Shown: positions 46,722 through 60,089, numbered from the stretch's first letter. The stretch is 64,000 bases of DNA from Pseudomonadota bacterium (GCA_039183535.1 JBCDBO010000011.1:1404-65403), one strand, 5' to 3'. Numbers and translations are program-made. Notes: a model not told the origin generated them from the letters alone.

Positions 46722-46837
46722 CTCATCGAGACCGGTCGAGGGAAAGGCCCGACGACACCGGGGCAACCTCCAGGCATAACCAGCCTGGAAAGGTGCCAAC
46801 TCCTGCGATAGTGCGTGTGCGCTATACGAGAGATGAG
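46722..46837 (+). promoter_or_regulatory. SAM-I (S-box) riboswitch aptamer
   Basis: CUCAUC...GAUGAG P1 stem, GAGGGA, GGCCCGACGA, GGCAACC, P3 hairpin CUCCAGGC/GCCUGGA, GGUGCCAA, P4 hairpin AUAGUGC-GUGU-GCGCUAU and AGAGAUGAG, all in consensus order. Confidence 0.85.
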
Positions 46838-46930
46838 TGACGGTACAACTGCACGGCAGAAGGGTACCGATCACGCGCTTTCGTCGCCGGTTTCGTTGAT
46901 TTTACTTCTGGTAATCAGGTAGAGATCGAC

Positions 46931-49461
<2,531 letters not shown>

Positions 49462-49466
49462 ACGAC

Positions 49467-50573
49467 ATGCTGAGCGCGGACGGCATTGCGGCGCTGATTT
49501 CGCCGGCGACGCAGTGGTTTTCGTTGCCCGGACCGCTGCGGCTAGATAGCGGCGCTGAGCTCGTCGGCGGACAGCTGGCCTACCGCACCTGGGGTCAGTT
49601 GGCAGCGGACGGCCGCAATGCTGTACTGGTTTGCCATGCGCTGACCGGTTCCGCCGACGTGGATACGTGGTGGCCCGGACTGATTGGCGCTGGCTTGGCC
49701 TTAGATCCAGCGAACGATTTCATTGTTTGTAGCAACGTGCTTGGCAGTTGTTATGGCAGCAGTGGTCCGCTAAGCCGTCGACCGGGCAGCGATGCGTTGT
49801 ATGGCGGTGAGTTCCCGCGTCTAACCATTCGCGACATTATCCGCGCGCAGCGCAAATTGATTGATGCGCTCGGGATTCGGCAACTACGCTTGGTCATCGG
49901 TCCGTCGCTAGGCGGTATGCAAACACTCGAATGGGCGGCAACCTACCCGGAGCTGGTTAGCGCGATTGCGCCGATTGGTGTATCCGGCCGGCACTCGGCG
50001 TGGTGCATTGCGACCAGCGAGGCACAGCGGCAAGCGATCTTCGCCGACCCGAATTGGCAAGGTGGTCGGTATTCACCAGCGCAAGCCCCGGAGCGAGGCC
50101 TAGCCGCAGCACGAATGATGGCGATGGTGAGTTATCGCAGTTGGGCAAACTTCGAGTCGCGGTTCGGCCGATCACTGCAGCCGGATAGCGACGCGCACGA
50201 TTTCCAGGTGCAGTCGTATCTTGCTCACCAAGGCCGGCGGATCAATGAACGATTCGACGCCGTGAGCTACGTACGGCTTACCGAATCGATGGACACGCAC
50301 GACATCGCTCGGGGGCGCGGCGACTACCCGGCGGTTTTGGCCGCGTTGACGATGCCGGCGTTGGTTGTATCGGTGCCGTCGGATGTCTTATACCCACCGC
50401 ACGAGCAGCAGATACTGGCCCAACATTTACCGGCCGCAGAGCTAGTAGAGCTCGACTCGGAGCACGGGCACGATGGTTTTCTGATTGCCACCGATGCGTT
50501 GTCGGCCGAAATTCGGCGTTGGCGCGCGACGTTCGACCGCGGTCTGGCCGCTACAGGCGCAAACGCTCGATAA
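49467..50573 (+). CDS. metX: Homoserine O-acyltransferase (MetX type)
   Basis: 368 aa alpha/beta hydrolase. VCHALTGSADV; GPSLGGMQTLEW (nucleophile elbow); SEHGHDGFL. The acetyl versus succinyl donor cannot be called from sequence by eye. Confidence 0.88.
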   Translation: MLSADGIAALISPATQWFSLPGPLRLDSGAELVGGQLAYRTWGQLAADGRNAVLVCHALTGSADVDTWWPGLIGAGLALDPANDFIVCSNVLGSCYGSSGPLSRRPGSDALYGGEFPRLTIRDIIRAQRKLIDALGIRQLRLVIGPSLGGMQTLEWAATYPELVSAIAPIGVSGRHSAWCIATSEAQRQAIFADPNWQGGRYSPAQAPERGLAAARMMAMVSYRSWANFESRFGRSLQPDSDAHDFQVQSYLAHQGRRINERFDAVSYVRLTESMDTHDIARGRGDYPAVLAALTMPALVVSVPSDVLYPPHEQQILAQHLPAAELVELDSEHGHDGFLIATDALSAEIRRWRATFDRGLAATGANAR

Positions 50574-51612
50574 TGGCGTCGGTTAGCTCACTCGTCGACA
50601 CGGCGGCTCCGCCGTCGGCGATGTCGGCTGTGCGCACACCGCTTGAGACGGCCGCATCGATAGCTGTATCAATCGCATCGGCAACCGCCGCCGCCTTGAG
50701 GTTGTGACGACAGGCCATCGCCAAGCTCGCGATCGTTCCGCACGGGTTGGCAATCCCCTGGCCAGCGATATCCGGCGCCGAGCCATGAATGGGCTCGTAT
50801 AGGCCCGGTCCATCATCGCCTAGCGATGCCGACGGTAGAAGACCGAGTGAGCCAGCTAACATCGACGCTTCGTCGGTCAGAATGTCGCCGAACATATTCT
50901 CGGTAACGATCACGTCGAAACTGGCGGGGCGTGACAACAGATGCATCGCCGCGGCGTCCACCAGGACATGTTCGAGCTCGATACTCGGAAACTCGGACCG
51001 GACGACCCGCTCCGTGGTCTCGCGCCACAAACGTGACGTCTCGAGGACATTGGCTTTATCGACCGACGTCAGCCGACCACGCCGCTCGTTGGCGAGCCGA
51101 GCGGCCACACGCACGATACGCTCAACCTCAGCAACCGTGTACTTGCACTCGTCCGTGGCCATCGTGTCCGTACGCTGTTTGGCGCCAAAGTAGATGCCGC
51201 CAGTCAATTCTCGAACGACAAGCAAGTCGGTGCCGGAGAGGCGCTCCTCGCGAAGTGGCGAGGCGCCGGCCAAGGCGGGCAGCGTTCGCACCGGCCTGAG
51301 GTTTGCGTACACGCCGAGCTCACGGCGCAGCGCAAGAAGCCCTTGCTCGGGGCGCACCGTCCGGTTGGGGTCGGACCACTTCGGTCCGCCGACGGCGCCA
51401 AGTAATACGGCGTCTGCCGCACGGCACTTGGCCGCTGTCGCCGGCGGCAACGGATCGTTGCAATCATCGATGGCCGCACCACCGATTAATGCTTCATCAA
51501 TCGTGACGTCAATAGCCCCTTGCGCAACACAATGCTCTACCACACGTCGCGCTGCCGCAGTCACCTCGGGGCCGATGCCGTCGCCGGGCAACAGCAACAG
51601 ATGGGCGCTCAA
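50551..51612 (-). CDS. leuB: 3-isopropylmalate dehydrogenase
   Basis: 353 aa. LLLPGDGIGPEV; NMFGDILTDEASMLAGSLGLLPSASL. Confidence 0.95.
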   Translation of the reverse strand: MSAHLLLLPGDGIGPEVTAAARRVVEHCVAQGAIDVTIDEALIGGAAIDDCNDPLPPATAAKCRAADAVLLGAVGGPKWSDPNRTVRPEQGLLALRRELGVYANLRPVRTLPALAGASPLREERLSGTDLLVVRELTGGIYFGAKQRTDTMATDECKYTVAEVERIVRVAARLANERRGRLTSVDKANVLETSRLWRETTERVVRSEFPSIELEHVLVDAAAMHLLSRPASFDVIVTENMFGDILTDEASMLAGSLGLLPSASLGDDGPGLYEPIHGSAPDIAGQGIANPCGTIASLAMACRHNLKAAAVADAIDTAIDAAVSSGVRTADIADGGAAVSTSELTDAIIERLRL

Positions 51613-52184
51613 GGTCGCTTGGCCTCGAACTGCGCGATAGCGTCGTCTTGTTGCAGCAAAAAGCCGAGTTGGTCGATCCCTTCCATCAAACAGTAGCGCG
51701 CGAAATTGTCGATCGGAAAGTCGACCGTACGATCGTCGGGAAAGCGGATGTGGCGTGCTTCGAGGTCGACGGTTAGCTCGATTCCCGGGTTCGCCAGCAA
51801 CTCCGCATGTGTATCTGGATCGACCACGACGGGCAGCAGTCCGTTCTTAAGCGAGTTGGACCGAAAGATGTCAGCAATTTCAGAACTGATGACAGCTTCA
51901 AAGCCGAAATCGAGTAACGCCCATGGGGCATGTTCACGCGACGAGCCACATCCAAAGTTGTTGCCGGCCACAAGAATTCGCGCGGTTTTCGCGGCAGCGC
52001 TGTTCAGTGGCGCATCGCTAATCTCGCTGCCGTTGCTCGCGAAACGCCAGTCGGCAAAGGCGTGTTGCCCAAGGCCGCTGCGTTCCGTTGTCGTCAAAAA
52101 TCGTGCGGGGATGATTTGGTCGGTATCGATGTTGGTCTCGGTAAGCACGAACGTTGCCGAGCGAATCGTCTTGATCGGTTTCAT
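51609..52184 (-). CDS. leuD: 3-isopropylmalate dehydratase small subunit
   Basis: ATG at 52184 (MKPIKTIRSATFVL...) preferred over the ORF-track start at 52304. NFGCGSSREHAPWAL. Confidence 0.92.
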   Translation of the reverse strand: MKPIKTIRSATFVLTETNIDTDQIIPARFLTTTERSGLGQHAFADWRFASNGSEISDAPLNSAAAKTARILVAGNNFGCGSSREHAPWALLDFGFEAVISSEIADIFRSNSLKNGLLPVVVDPDTHAELLANPGIELTVDLEARHIRFPDDRTVDFPIDNFARYCLMEGIDQLGFLLQQDDAIAQFEAKRP

Positions 52185-52188
52185 CGTA

Positions 52189-53598
52189 TTAGCTTCCCGA
52201 TAACAATGGGCGCGGATCTGCAATGCAGCCGGCGATCGCGCTGGCTGCCGCCGTTTCCGGGCTCGCGAGCACGGTACGGGCGCCGACGCCTTGCCGGCCT
52301 TCAAAGTTTCGGTTGCTGGTGCTAACGGCTAGCTTACCGCGCGGCACCGTGTCGCCATTCATTCCAAGACACATCGAGCAGCCCGGTTCGCGCCATTCGG
52401 CACCCGCGGCGCGAAACACATCGTCGAGTCCTGCTGCTTCCGCGTCGGCTTTGACTTGTTCGCTGCCCGGCACGACCAGCATACGAACACCGTCCGCCAC
52501 GCGTTGATCGCGTAATACGTTGGCGGCCGATTGCAAGTCGCTGAGCCGTGAATTCGTGCAGCTTCCGACAAACACAACATCGATCGGCGTACCGGCAATC
52601 GGTCGACCGCTCTCGAGCCCCATGTAGTCCAGTGCTTTCTGAAACGCATCATCCCCGGCGCCGGTTGGCACGGCCGCATCAACATCGACGACCATACCCG
52701 GGTTTGTGCCGAACGTGACCTTCGGCGCGAGCGCACTCGCGTCGATATTCACCTCTGTGTCAAAGCGAGCGTCGGGGTCGCTCGGCAACGCGCGCCAACG
52801 CGCCACAGCCTGATCCCACGCAGCGCCGCTGGGGGCCATGGGTCGTCCGGCCACGTAGTTGAGCGTTGTATCGTCTGGGGCGATAAGGCCAGCCCGCGCG
52901 CCGCCTTCAATCGACATGTTGCAGACTGTCATCCGCTGCTCCATCGACAACGCCGAGATGGTTGAGCCGCGATACTCGATAACATGACCGGTTCCGCCAG
53001 CGACACCAATTTTGCCAATAACCGCAAGGATGATGTCCTTCGCTGTTACACCTGGCGGGAGCGCACCGTTGACATTAACGGCCATCGTTTTCGCTTTGCG
53101 TTGCAATAGACACTGCGTGGCAAGGACATGGCCGACCTCGCTAGCGCCGATCCCAAAGGCCAAGGCACCAAACGCGCCATGGGTCGATGTATGCGAGTCG
53201 CCACAGACAATCGTCTTGCCCGGCTGCGTCGCACCGAGTTCTGGACCGATGACATGGACGATACCGCGGTACGGGCTGCCAAAATCGTGTAACTCGATAC
53301 CGAACTTTTTGCAGTTAGCTTGCATCGCGCGAATCTGTGCAGCCGCGGCAGGGCCGACGATATCGATGTCCGATAACTGCCGAACAGGTGTCGTTGGCGT
53401 CGAGTGATCCATCGTTGCCAGCGTCAAATCGGGGCGACGCACCTTGAGCCCGCGATCGCCAAGCAGCGTAAATGCCTGCGGTGTCGTGACCTCATGGATA
53501 AGGTGCAAGTCGATGTACAGTACGGCTGGCGTATCCGCGGTTTCGGGCGCAACCAAATGCTGGTCCCAAATTTTTTCGTAAAGCGTTTTAGCGGTCAT
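52189..53598 (-). CDS. leuC: 3-isopropylmalate dehydratase large subunit
   Basis: 469 aa aconitase-family protein. [15 protein letters not shown]; [12 protein letters not shown]. Confidence 0.95.
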   Translation of the reverse strand: MTAKTLYEKIWDQHLVAPETADTPAVLYIDLHLIHEVTTPQAFTLLGDRGLKVRRPDLTLATMDHSTPTTPVRQLSDIDIVGPAAAAQIRAMQANCKKFGIELHDFGSPYRGIVHVIGPELGATQPGKTIVCGDSHTSTHGAFGALAFGIGASEVGHVLATQCLLQRKAKTMAVNVNGALPPGVTAKDIILAVIGKIGVAGGTGHVIEYRGSTISALSMEQRMTVCNMSIEGGARAGLIAPDDTTLNYVAGRPMAPSGAAWDQAVARWRALPSDPDARFDTEVNIDASALAPKVTFGTNPGMVVDVDAAVPTGAGDDAFQKALDYMGLESGRPIAGTPIDVVFVGSCTNSRLSDLQSAANVLRDQRVADGVRMLVVPGSEQVKADAEAAGLDDVFRAAGAEWREPGCSMCLGMNGDTVPRGKLAVSTSNRNFEGRQGVGARTVLASPETAAASAIAGCIADPRPLLSGS

Positions 53599-53616
53599 GG
53601 GTAGCGGCTGCGGACG

Positions 53617-55197
53617 TTAAACGTTGACGAGATGATCGGTACGGTCGCCGCGGCTAGCGCGGCCCGATGCGACGCGACGCAAAATGCGGTTGATGACCTC
53701 AAGGTGAGCACGCGTGCCGGCTTCGACGATATCGACGCTGACGCCATGACCGCGATACGTCTCGGCATCGTGCTCGACGGTGACGACGACTTCACACTGC
53801 GCATCCTCGCCCATGGATAGGCTGCGTAATTCGAAGTTTTTCAGTTCCAAACGTAAGCCGGTTAGCTCCGCCAAAGCTTCGGCTGCGGCCTCGATCGGAC
53901 CTTCACCGGTGGCCGTTAGCGTGTGCGACGCTTGTTCATCGTCGAGCAACGTCAACGTAGCTGATGCCGCTCGACCGGTACCGGTCGTTATCTCAAACGA
54001 TTGCATCGACCATGGGCCGCGGGTATTGCCATCCGCACTCAATACAATCGCTTCGATGTCAGCGTCGAACATGTCTTTCTTGCGATCGGCAAGTTTCTTG
54101 AAGTCGAGAAACGCGCGGTTGAGTTCAAACTCGTCGAGTTCGAAGCCAAGCTGCTCCACGCGCTCGCGAAACGCGTGTCGACCGCTGTGTTTGCCGAGCA
54201 CGAGATTAGAGCGGGTGAGGCCGACGTCCTCAGGCCGCATAATTTCGTACGTGGATGCGTGTTTGAGCATGCCATGTTGATGGATGCCGGCTTCGTGCGC
54301 GAACGCATTCTCACCAACGATCGCTTTGTTTCTCGGGATGCTCATCCCCGTTACTGAGGATACCAAGCGTGCCGTTGGGTAAAGCCGGGTCGTGTCAACG
54401 CGTGTATCAATATCGAAAAAGTCGGGCCGGGTGCGAAGCGCCATAACCACTTCTTCCAACGAACAGTTTCCCGCGCGTTCGCCAATCCCGTTGATCGTGC
54501 ACTCAACTTGGCGCGCGCCAGCGCTAACCGCTGCCAAACTGTTGGCGACAGCCATCCCAAGATCGTCGTGGCAATGGACCGACAGAATCGCCTTGTCGAT
54601 GTCGCTAACGTTATCGATCAGATAGCGGAACAAACGATGGAACTCGCCGGGTACCGTGTAGCCGACCGTATCGGGCACGTTAATCGTCGTCGCGCCGGCA
54701 GCGATGGCAGCGCTGACGACTTCGGCAAGGAACGGTAACTCCGTCCGCGAGGCGTCCTCAGGCGAGAACTCAACATCGTCGCAGAACGAACGAGCTAACT
54801 CGATGGCGCCAACCGCGCTGCGAATGATCTCTTCTTTCGCCATGTTTAATTTGTATTCGCGGTGAATAGCGCTGGTGGCGACGAAGACATGAATTCGCGG
54901 GTTTGCTGCCTCCTTGATGGCGTTCCACGCTTTTTCGATATCCTCAGGGTTACAGCGCGCAAGACTGCAAACCGATGCATGGCGGATTTGCTCAGCGCAC
55001 GCTTGCACCGACTCAAAGTCACCCGGGGACGCCGCGGCGAAACCCGCTTCGATAATGTCGACTCCGAGCTCGTCAAGCGCCTCCGCGATACGAAGTTTTT
55101 CGCGTAGCGTCATGCTGCAACCAGGTGCTTGCTCGCCATCGCGCAAGGTCGTATCGAAAATTCGTACTCGCTCTTCGTTGCCAGTGCCTGTCGTCAT
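53617..55197 (-). CDS. leuA: 2-isopropylmalate synthase
   Basis: RIFDTTLRDGEQ; HCHDDLGMAVANSLAA. C-terminal LeuA regulatory domain. ATG at 55197 preferred over 55242. Confidence 0.93.
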   Translation of the reverse strand: MTTGTGNEERVRIFDTTLRDGEQAPGCSMTLREKLRIAEALDELGVDIIEAGFAAASPGDFESVQACAEQIRHASVCSLARCNPEDIEKAWNAIKEAANPRIHVFVATSAIHREYKLNMAKEEIIRSAVGAIELARSFCDDVEFSPEDASRTELPFLAEVVSAAIAAGATTINVPDTVGYTVPGEFHRLFRYLIDNVSDIDKAILSVHCHDDLGMAVANSLAAVSAGARQVECTINGIGERAGNCSLEEVVMALRTRPDFFDIDTRVDTTRLYPTARLVSSVTGMSIPRNKAIVGENAFAHEAGIHQHGMLKHASTYEIMRPEDVGLTRSNLVLGKHSGRHAFRERVEQLGFELDEFELNRAFLDFKKLADRKKDMFDADIEAIVLSADGNTRGPWSMQSFEITTGTGRAASATLTLLDDEQASHTLTATGEGPIEAAAEALAELTGLRLELKNFELRSLSMGEDAQCEVVVTVEHDAETYRGHGVSVDIVEAGTRAHLEVINRILRRVASGRASRGDRTDHLVNV

Positions 55198-55226
55198 CGG
55201 TGCTCTCCGTGAGTGACTGCGCGTGA

Positions 55227-56213
55227 TTACCCTTCCAACCAATCCATCTGACCGCGGAGCTTAACGCCAACCGCTTCGATGGGGTGCTCGAGATCCTCGT
55301 TCATCATCCGTTTGTACTCGCTGCGGCCATTGGCATTCTCGTCAATCCATTGGCGCGCAAACACGCCTTCCTGAATGTCTTTGAGAACACCGCGCATTGA
55401 CTCTTTGACCGTCGCATCGATAACGCGCGGGCCGCGTGTCAGGTCGCCGTACTGGGCTGTTTCGCTGATGAACTCGTGCATTTTCTTCAGCCCACCTTCG
55501 TGCAACAGGTCCACGATAAGCTTGAGCTCGTGCATGCACTCGTAATAGGCGACTTCCGGTTGATAACCGGCCTCGACCAGAACCTCGAAACCCTTGAGCA
55601 CAAGTTCTGTCGCGCCGCCGCACAGCACCGCCTGCTCGCCGAACAAGTCGGTCTCAGTCTCTTCTTTAAATGTCGTTTCGATGACACCAGCGCGGGCGCC
55701 GCCGATACCCGATGCATAGGCGAGGGCGCGCGATAATGCCTGACCGGTTGGGTTGGCGTGAACGGCCACTAAGCAGGGTACGCCTTTACCTTGTTCGTAT
55801 TGTCGCCGCACCAAATCGCCAGGTCCCTTCGGCGCGATCATGACAACGTCAAGATCGGCACGCGGCTCAATTTGTGCGAAATGAATGTTAAAGCCGTGGG
55901 CGAATAACAGCGCCGCGCCTTGTTTAAGATGCGGTTCGGCTTGCGCGTAAATAGCGGCCTGCGGAACGTCCGGCGCGAGAATAGCGACGAGATCGGCCTC
56001 GGCGGCGGCGGCCTCGATCGTTTTAACCTCGAGTCCATCCGCTGTCGCTTTATGCCAGCTTGCGCCGCCCTCTCTGAGTCCGGCGACAACCCGAATGCCG
56101 CTATCGCGCAGGTTCAATGCGTGGGCTCGGCCTTGGCTACCATAACCAACGATCACTACGGTGGCATCGGCAAGCGCTGTCTTGTCGACATCGGCTTCGG
56201 TGTACATCTTCAT
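55227..56213 (-). CDS. ilvC: Ketol-acid reductoisomerase (class I)
   Basis: 328 aa. [18 protein letters not shown]. Confidence 0.95.
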   Translation of the reverse strand: MKMYTEADVDKTALADATVVIVGYGSQGRAHALNLRDSGIRVVAGLREGGASWHKATADGLEVKTIEAAAAEADLVAILAPDVPQAAIYAQAEPHLKQGAALLFAHGFNIHFAQIEPRADLDVVMIAPKGPGDLVRRQYEQGKGVPCLVAVHANPTGQALSRALAYASGIGGARAGVIETTFKEETETDLFGEQAVLCGGATELVLKGFEVLVEAGYQPEVAYYECMHELKLIVDLLHEGGLKKMHEFISETAQYGDLTRGPRVIDATVKESMRGVLKDIQEGVFARQWIDENANGRSEYKRMMNEDLEHPIEAVGVKLRGQMDWLEG

Positions 56214-56243
56214 TATATGGGTCCTTAACCTCGAGGTAGTGCC

Positions 56244-56286
56244 AAAAAAAAACCCCGATCCGCAGTGTTGTCGGGCCGGGGTTTTT
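56244..56286 (-). terminator. Rho-independent terminator after the oxidoreductase gene, upstream of ilvC
   Basis: On the minus strand: CCCCGGCCCG-acaacactg-CGGATCGGGG followed by T9. On the plus strand it is flanked by T5. Confidence 0.7.
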
Positions 56287-56442
56287 GCGACTGGTTGTCT
56301 TTTTTCTAGCTAGCCGCCACCCTCTCGCTCCGTAAGGAGTGCGAGCGGCAGGAGCAGCGCTAGGCGTGCAGCGTTTGGTGCCCGAAAAATCATCCCCCGA
56401 TGATGTTGCACCGGCGGGTCACTGTCAACGATTCAATGACGG

Positions 56443-57420
56443 TTAGCGTACGGCAACGACAAGTTTTCCGATCGCTCGACGCTCTGCCAGCGTCGTCAAC
56501 GCGTCGATCGCATCCTCCAACGGAACGGGCGGCTGAATTGTCGGGTGTAAGAGACCGGTTTGCAGCAGTCGCTGCAGCTCCCCCATGTTATGTGCATGTT
56601 TGGATGGTTCATTCGCGACGTGCTGGCCCCAGTACACACCGACGGCAGCCGCCCCTTTGAGCAGCAAACGATTTGCGGGCAAGGATGCAATGTCGCCAGC
56701 AGCGAAACCCACGATCAATAAACGCCCGCCCCACGCCAGGCAGCGAAGCGCTTGATCGGTGAACTCGGCCCCGACTGGGTCATAAATAATGTCGGCGCCA
56801 CGTTTGTCGGTTAGTTCACGAACGCGATCGACGAGTGACTCATCAACGTAGTTAATAAGGTCGGTGGCACCAAGCGCCTTCGCGGCATCGAGCTTTTCGG
56901 CGGTGCTAGCGGCGGCGATGACTCGCGCGCCAGCCGCAACCGCGATATCAACGGCTGCTAGGCCAACGCCACCGGCTGCGCCGAGTACCAAGACGGTATC
57001 GCCACTGTTGATCGCGCCGCGATCGTGCAAGGCATGGTACGACGTGCCATATGCGAGCGTGAAGGCAGCAGCCAACGGCGCAGGCACCTCATCCGGGATG
57101 GGATACACGCTAGCGGCAGGTGCTACAGCCAACTCTGCGAGCCCGCCACTTGCCATGAACGCGCCAACGCGCTGCCCGGCGGTAAATCCGCGTACACGCT
57201 CACCGAGCGCGGTAATTCGGCCCGCAATTTCGAGCCCGGGGACGAACGGCAACGGCGGTTGAACTTGGTAGCGGCCTGCGATCATCAAAACGTCGGGGAA
57301 ATTCAGTCCGCACGCATCGACGGCAATGGCGACATCGTTGGGGCCCGGCGTGGGCTCCGCGATATCGGTCAGCGTCAATGACGCAGGAATACCGTGTTGC
57401 TGGCAAAGAACAGCGCGCAT
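56443..57420 (-). CDS. NADPH:quinone oxidoreductase-like medium-chain dehydrogenase/reductase
   Basis: MRAVLCQQHG... start at 57420. Rossmann motif VLGAAGGVGLAAVDIA. No structural-zinc motifs. Confidence 0.8.
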   Translation of the reverse strand: MRAVLCQQHGIPASLTLTDIAEPTPGPNDVAIAVDACGLNFPDVLMIAGRYQVQPPLPFVPGLEIAGRITALGERVRGFTAGQRVGAFMASGGLAELAVAPAASVYPIPDEVPAPLAAAFTLAYGTSYHALHDRGAINSGDTVLVLGAAGGVGLAAVDIAVAAGARVIAAASTAEKLDAAKALGATDLINYVDESLVDRVRELTDKRGADIIYDPVGAEFTDQALRCLAWGGRLLIVGFAAGDIASLPANRLLLKGAAAVGVYWGQHVANEPSKHAHNMGELQRLLQTGLLHPTIQPPVPLEDAIDALTTLAERRAIGKLVVAVR

Positions 57421-57792
57421 AGGAAAGTCTCTAAGTCGTGGCAAAGAAGCGAACGGTAAGTAAATATGTAGGCAGCGTCGATGCCATCATCGCTACCCAA
57501 ACACATTATATACAGCTGCTAAAAGCCGTTTCAGGCGACACCGTTTTGGCGGTTGATTGTTACCGTGGCCCGATCGCCCCCGTCGTCGCAACATTTACCT
57601 TAATCATTGTTTCTTAGCGCGTTGTTGGCACATGCAATCCATCGCCGGCAAATACGTTTCCGGACTGGCGTCACAATATTGCTGTGTTATTCTTGCCCCA
57701 CGCCGCAGGGGGCGACGTGGCTGCCGTTGTGCCTGCTAAAAGGTAGAAGGGGCAGTCGTACGCAGGATTACGCGACCGGTGGGGGCCATCGC

Positions 57793-57815
57793 TATTGACC
57801 GGGAAACGGTCAATA
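57793..57815. promoter_or_regulatory. Perfect 9-bp inverted repeat in the long leader of the TonB2-type cluster
   Basis: TATTGACCG-ggaaa-CGGTCAATA, about 105 nt upstream of the first gene. It could be an operator or an RNA hairpin; no T-run follows. Confidence 0.3.
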
Positions 57816-57919
57816 ACTCAAGCGCCGCCATCGCCGCGACACGGGGCGCGTCGGGGGGTTATCTGGTGCGTCTGCAACAAGAATTTTTTACAAAGCAGAA
57901 CCTGACTTAAGGAGCGTTC

Positions 57920-58699
57920 ATGATTCCGCGAAACCACGGCGGCCGTTTGGCCGTTATCGGAGCAGCTATTGGCATGCTGCTCGCTGCGGGCACCGCTACA
58001 GCCCAGTCTGTAGACAGAGTCCTGGAAGCCGAGAAACAGCGTGTTCGGCAAAACCAGGAGGCTCAAAAGCGGATCGATAACATCGTTCAACAGACGAACG
58101 AAATCGTTAACGATTACCGTGGCGTAACGAAAGAAATCGACGGCCTTAAAATCTACAACCGCCTGATGGAAGCGCAAACCGCGAAACAACAAGCGAAGTT
58201 GGATGAGATCACCGAGTCGATGGAAAAGGCCAACGTCATTAACCGGCAGATCTTCCCGCTGATGACCCGGATGATTGAGGGCATTGAAAAGTTCGTTGCT
58301 CTCGACGTGCCGTTCCTTTTGGAAGAGCGCACAAAGCGCATCGACGACCTAAAGGCGTTGATGGATCGTCCGGACGTTACCGTTGCGGAGAAATTCCGCA
58401 AGGTGATGGAGGCGTACCAGATCGAAAGTGACTACGGTCGCAATATCGAGCAATACGAAGCGGCTGTCCCCGTTGAAGGGGGTGGTGAGCTGACGGTCGA
58501 TTTCCTCCGGATTGGCCGCGTTGCCCTGCTTTACCAATCGTCCGACGGCAGCCGTACCGGCCGCTGGGACAACGACGCACGCGCGTTCGTCGACGCTAGC
58601 GAGTATCGCAATGAAGTCCGCGAGGGGCTTGACGTCGCGACGCAGAAAATCGCACCGGTTTTGCTGCAGGTTCCGGTAGCAGCACCAGGTGGAGAATAA
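57920..58699 (+). CDS. DUF3450-type periplasmic coiled-coil protein (TtpB-like, TonB2-system accessory)
   Basis: Signal peptide, then coiled coil. Occupies the position and has the size of the first gene of Vibrio-type TonB2 clusters. Confidence 0.7.
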   Translation: MIPRNHGGRLAVIGAAIGMLLAAGTATAQSVDRVLEAEKQRVRQNQEAQKRIDNIVQQTNEIVNDYRGVTKEIDGLKIYNRLMEAQTAKQQAKLDEITESMEKANVINRQIFPLMTRMIEGIEKFVALDVPFLLEERTKRIDDLKALMDRPDVTVAEKFRKVMEAYQIESDYGRNIEQYEAAVPVEGGGELTVDFLRIGRVALLYQSSDGSRTGRWDNDARAFVDASEYRNEVREGLDVATQKIAPVLLQVPVAAPGGE

Positions 58700-58703
58700 G
58701 AAT

Positions 58704-60071
58704 ATGAAATCATTGAAAATTATTCTGGCATCGACACTATTGTCGGTGGCCCTAGTCGGTACGGTCCCGGCGCAAGAAGCGAGCAACTTGAACCAGCTAC
58801 TGCGGCAGGTGCGAGATGGCGCTGCGAACGACCAACGCGCTGAGCGGGCTCGGATACAAGAGTTCGAACGCAATAAGGCCGAGCAGCAACGCTTGCTGCA
58901 ACAAGCCCGCAGCGAGCGCACCGCACTTGAGCGTCGCGGTGAGGAGCTTGAGAATCTATTTGACCAAAACAACCAGCAGATCGCCGTGCGCACGCAAGAG
59001 CTCAATGAGCGTCTTGGCGCGTTGAAAGAATTGTTCGGTGTGTTGCAGCAGGTCTCGGGCGACACGCAAAGCGTGTTTAAAGCATCGCTCGTCAGCACCG
59101 AGTTCCCGGACCGCGAACAGTTCTTGATCGATCTCGGCACCAAGATGTCGAGTTCGACCTCGCTCGCATCGATCGAAGACATCGAGCAACTCTGGTACGA
59201 GATCCAGCGTGAAATGACCGAGTCCGGTAAGGTGACGTCGTACACGACTGATGTCTCTGACAACCAGGGCAACACAGCGGCAACGCCAGTTGTTCGCGTC
59301 GGGGCGTTTAACCTCGTGACGGACGGCAAATACCTGGAATACTCACCGTCTACCGGTTCCGTGAAAGAGCTGCCGCGCCAGCCTCGGGCACGCTACACCG
59401 GCACTACGTCGGCCTTGGTGGGCTCCAGCGGTGGCGTTACGAAATTCGGGCTTGACCCGACCCGTGGCGGCATCCTCGCCCTCGAGATCGAGCAGCCAAC
59501 GGTCAGCGAGCGTATTCAGCAGGGCGGTCTTGTCGGGTACATCATTATCGGTCTCGGCATTCTCGGCCTATTGATCGCGGCAGTCTGCTTCGTGTCATTG
59601 ACGTCGGCGAGCAGCAAGGTTTCGGCGCAGCTCAAAGACACGAGCAATCCGAAGAGCAACAATCCGCTGGGACGCGTTCTTGCGACCTACGACGCGAACC
59701 GCTCGGTTGATACTGAGACGGTCGAGCTGAAGCTCAGCGAAGCGGTCTTGAAAGAAACACCGGCGCTAACACGTGGCCTGTTGTTCTTGAAGGTCATTGC
59801 GGCGGTAGCGCCTCTGGCCGGACTGCTTGGAACGGTGACCGGGATGATCAAGACCTTCCAGGTCATTACGCTCTATGGCGCTGGCGATCCGAAACTGATG
59901 GCGGGCGGTATTTCGCAAGCATTGATGACCACGGTTTTGGGTCTGTGCGTCGCGATTCCGATGATTCTGCTGCACACGTACCTCAACGGTCGTAGCAAGC
60001 GCGTGTTGTCGATTCTGCAAGAACAGAGCGCCGGCATGATCGCGGAACATTCCGAAAAGAGCCACGGCTAA
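58704..60071 (+). CDS. Large MotA/TolQ/ExbB-family proton-channel protein (TtpC-like)
   Basis: ATG at 58704 behind GGAGA. Signal peptide, long coiled-coil periplasmic region, and a C-terminal three-TM channel with APLAGLLGTVTGMIKTF. Confidence 0.8.
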   Translation: MKSLKIILASTLLSVALVGTVPAQEASNLNQLLRQVRDGAANDQRAERARIQEFERNKAEQQRLLQQARSERTALERRGEELENLFDQNNQQIAVRTQELNERLGALKELFGVLQQVSGDTQSVFKASLVSTEFPDREQFLIDLGTKMSSSTSLASIEDIEQLWYEIQREMTESGKVTSYTTDVSDNQGNTAATPVVRVGAFNLVTDGKYLEYSPSTGSVKELPRQPRARYTGTTSALVGSSGGVTKFGLDPTRGGILALEIEQPTVSERIQQGGLVGYIIIGLGILGLLIAAVCFVSLTSASSKVSAQLKDTSNPKSNNPLGRVLATYDANRSVDTETVELKLSEAVLKETPALTRGLLFLKVIAAVAPLAGLLGTVTGMIKTFQVITLYGAGDPKLMAGGISQALMTTVLGLCVAIPMILLHTYLNGRSKRVLSILQEQSAGMIAEHSEKSHG

Positions 60072-60089
60072 GGGCCCGGAGCGACAACG

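Noticed and set aside
46617-46811. 64-aa plus-strand ORF upstream of the met genes.
   Set aside because: It is fully explained by the promoter and SAM-I riboswitch that occupy the same bases.
57596-57614. Fur box upstream of the TonB2-type cluster.
   Set aside because: Only about 11 of 19 positions match GATAATGATAATCATTATC, and the site lies about 300 nt from the first start codon. That is too weak to annotate.
57818-58192. 124-aa minus-strand ORF in the TonB2 leader and first gene.
   Set aside because: It overlaps the start of the DUF3450 gene antisense, and has no ribosome-binding site or motifs.
58349-59329. 326-aa minus-strand ORF.
   Set aside because: It is antisense to the DUF3450 and TtpC-like genes, both of which have clear signal peptides and family motifs on the plus strand.
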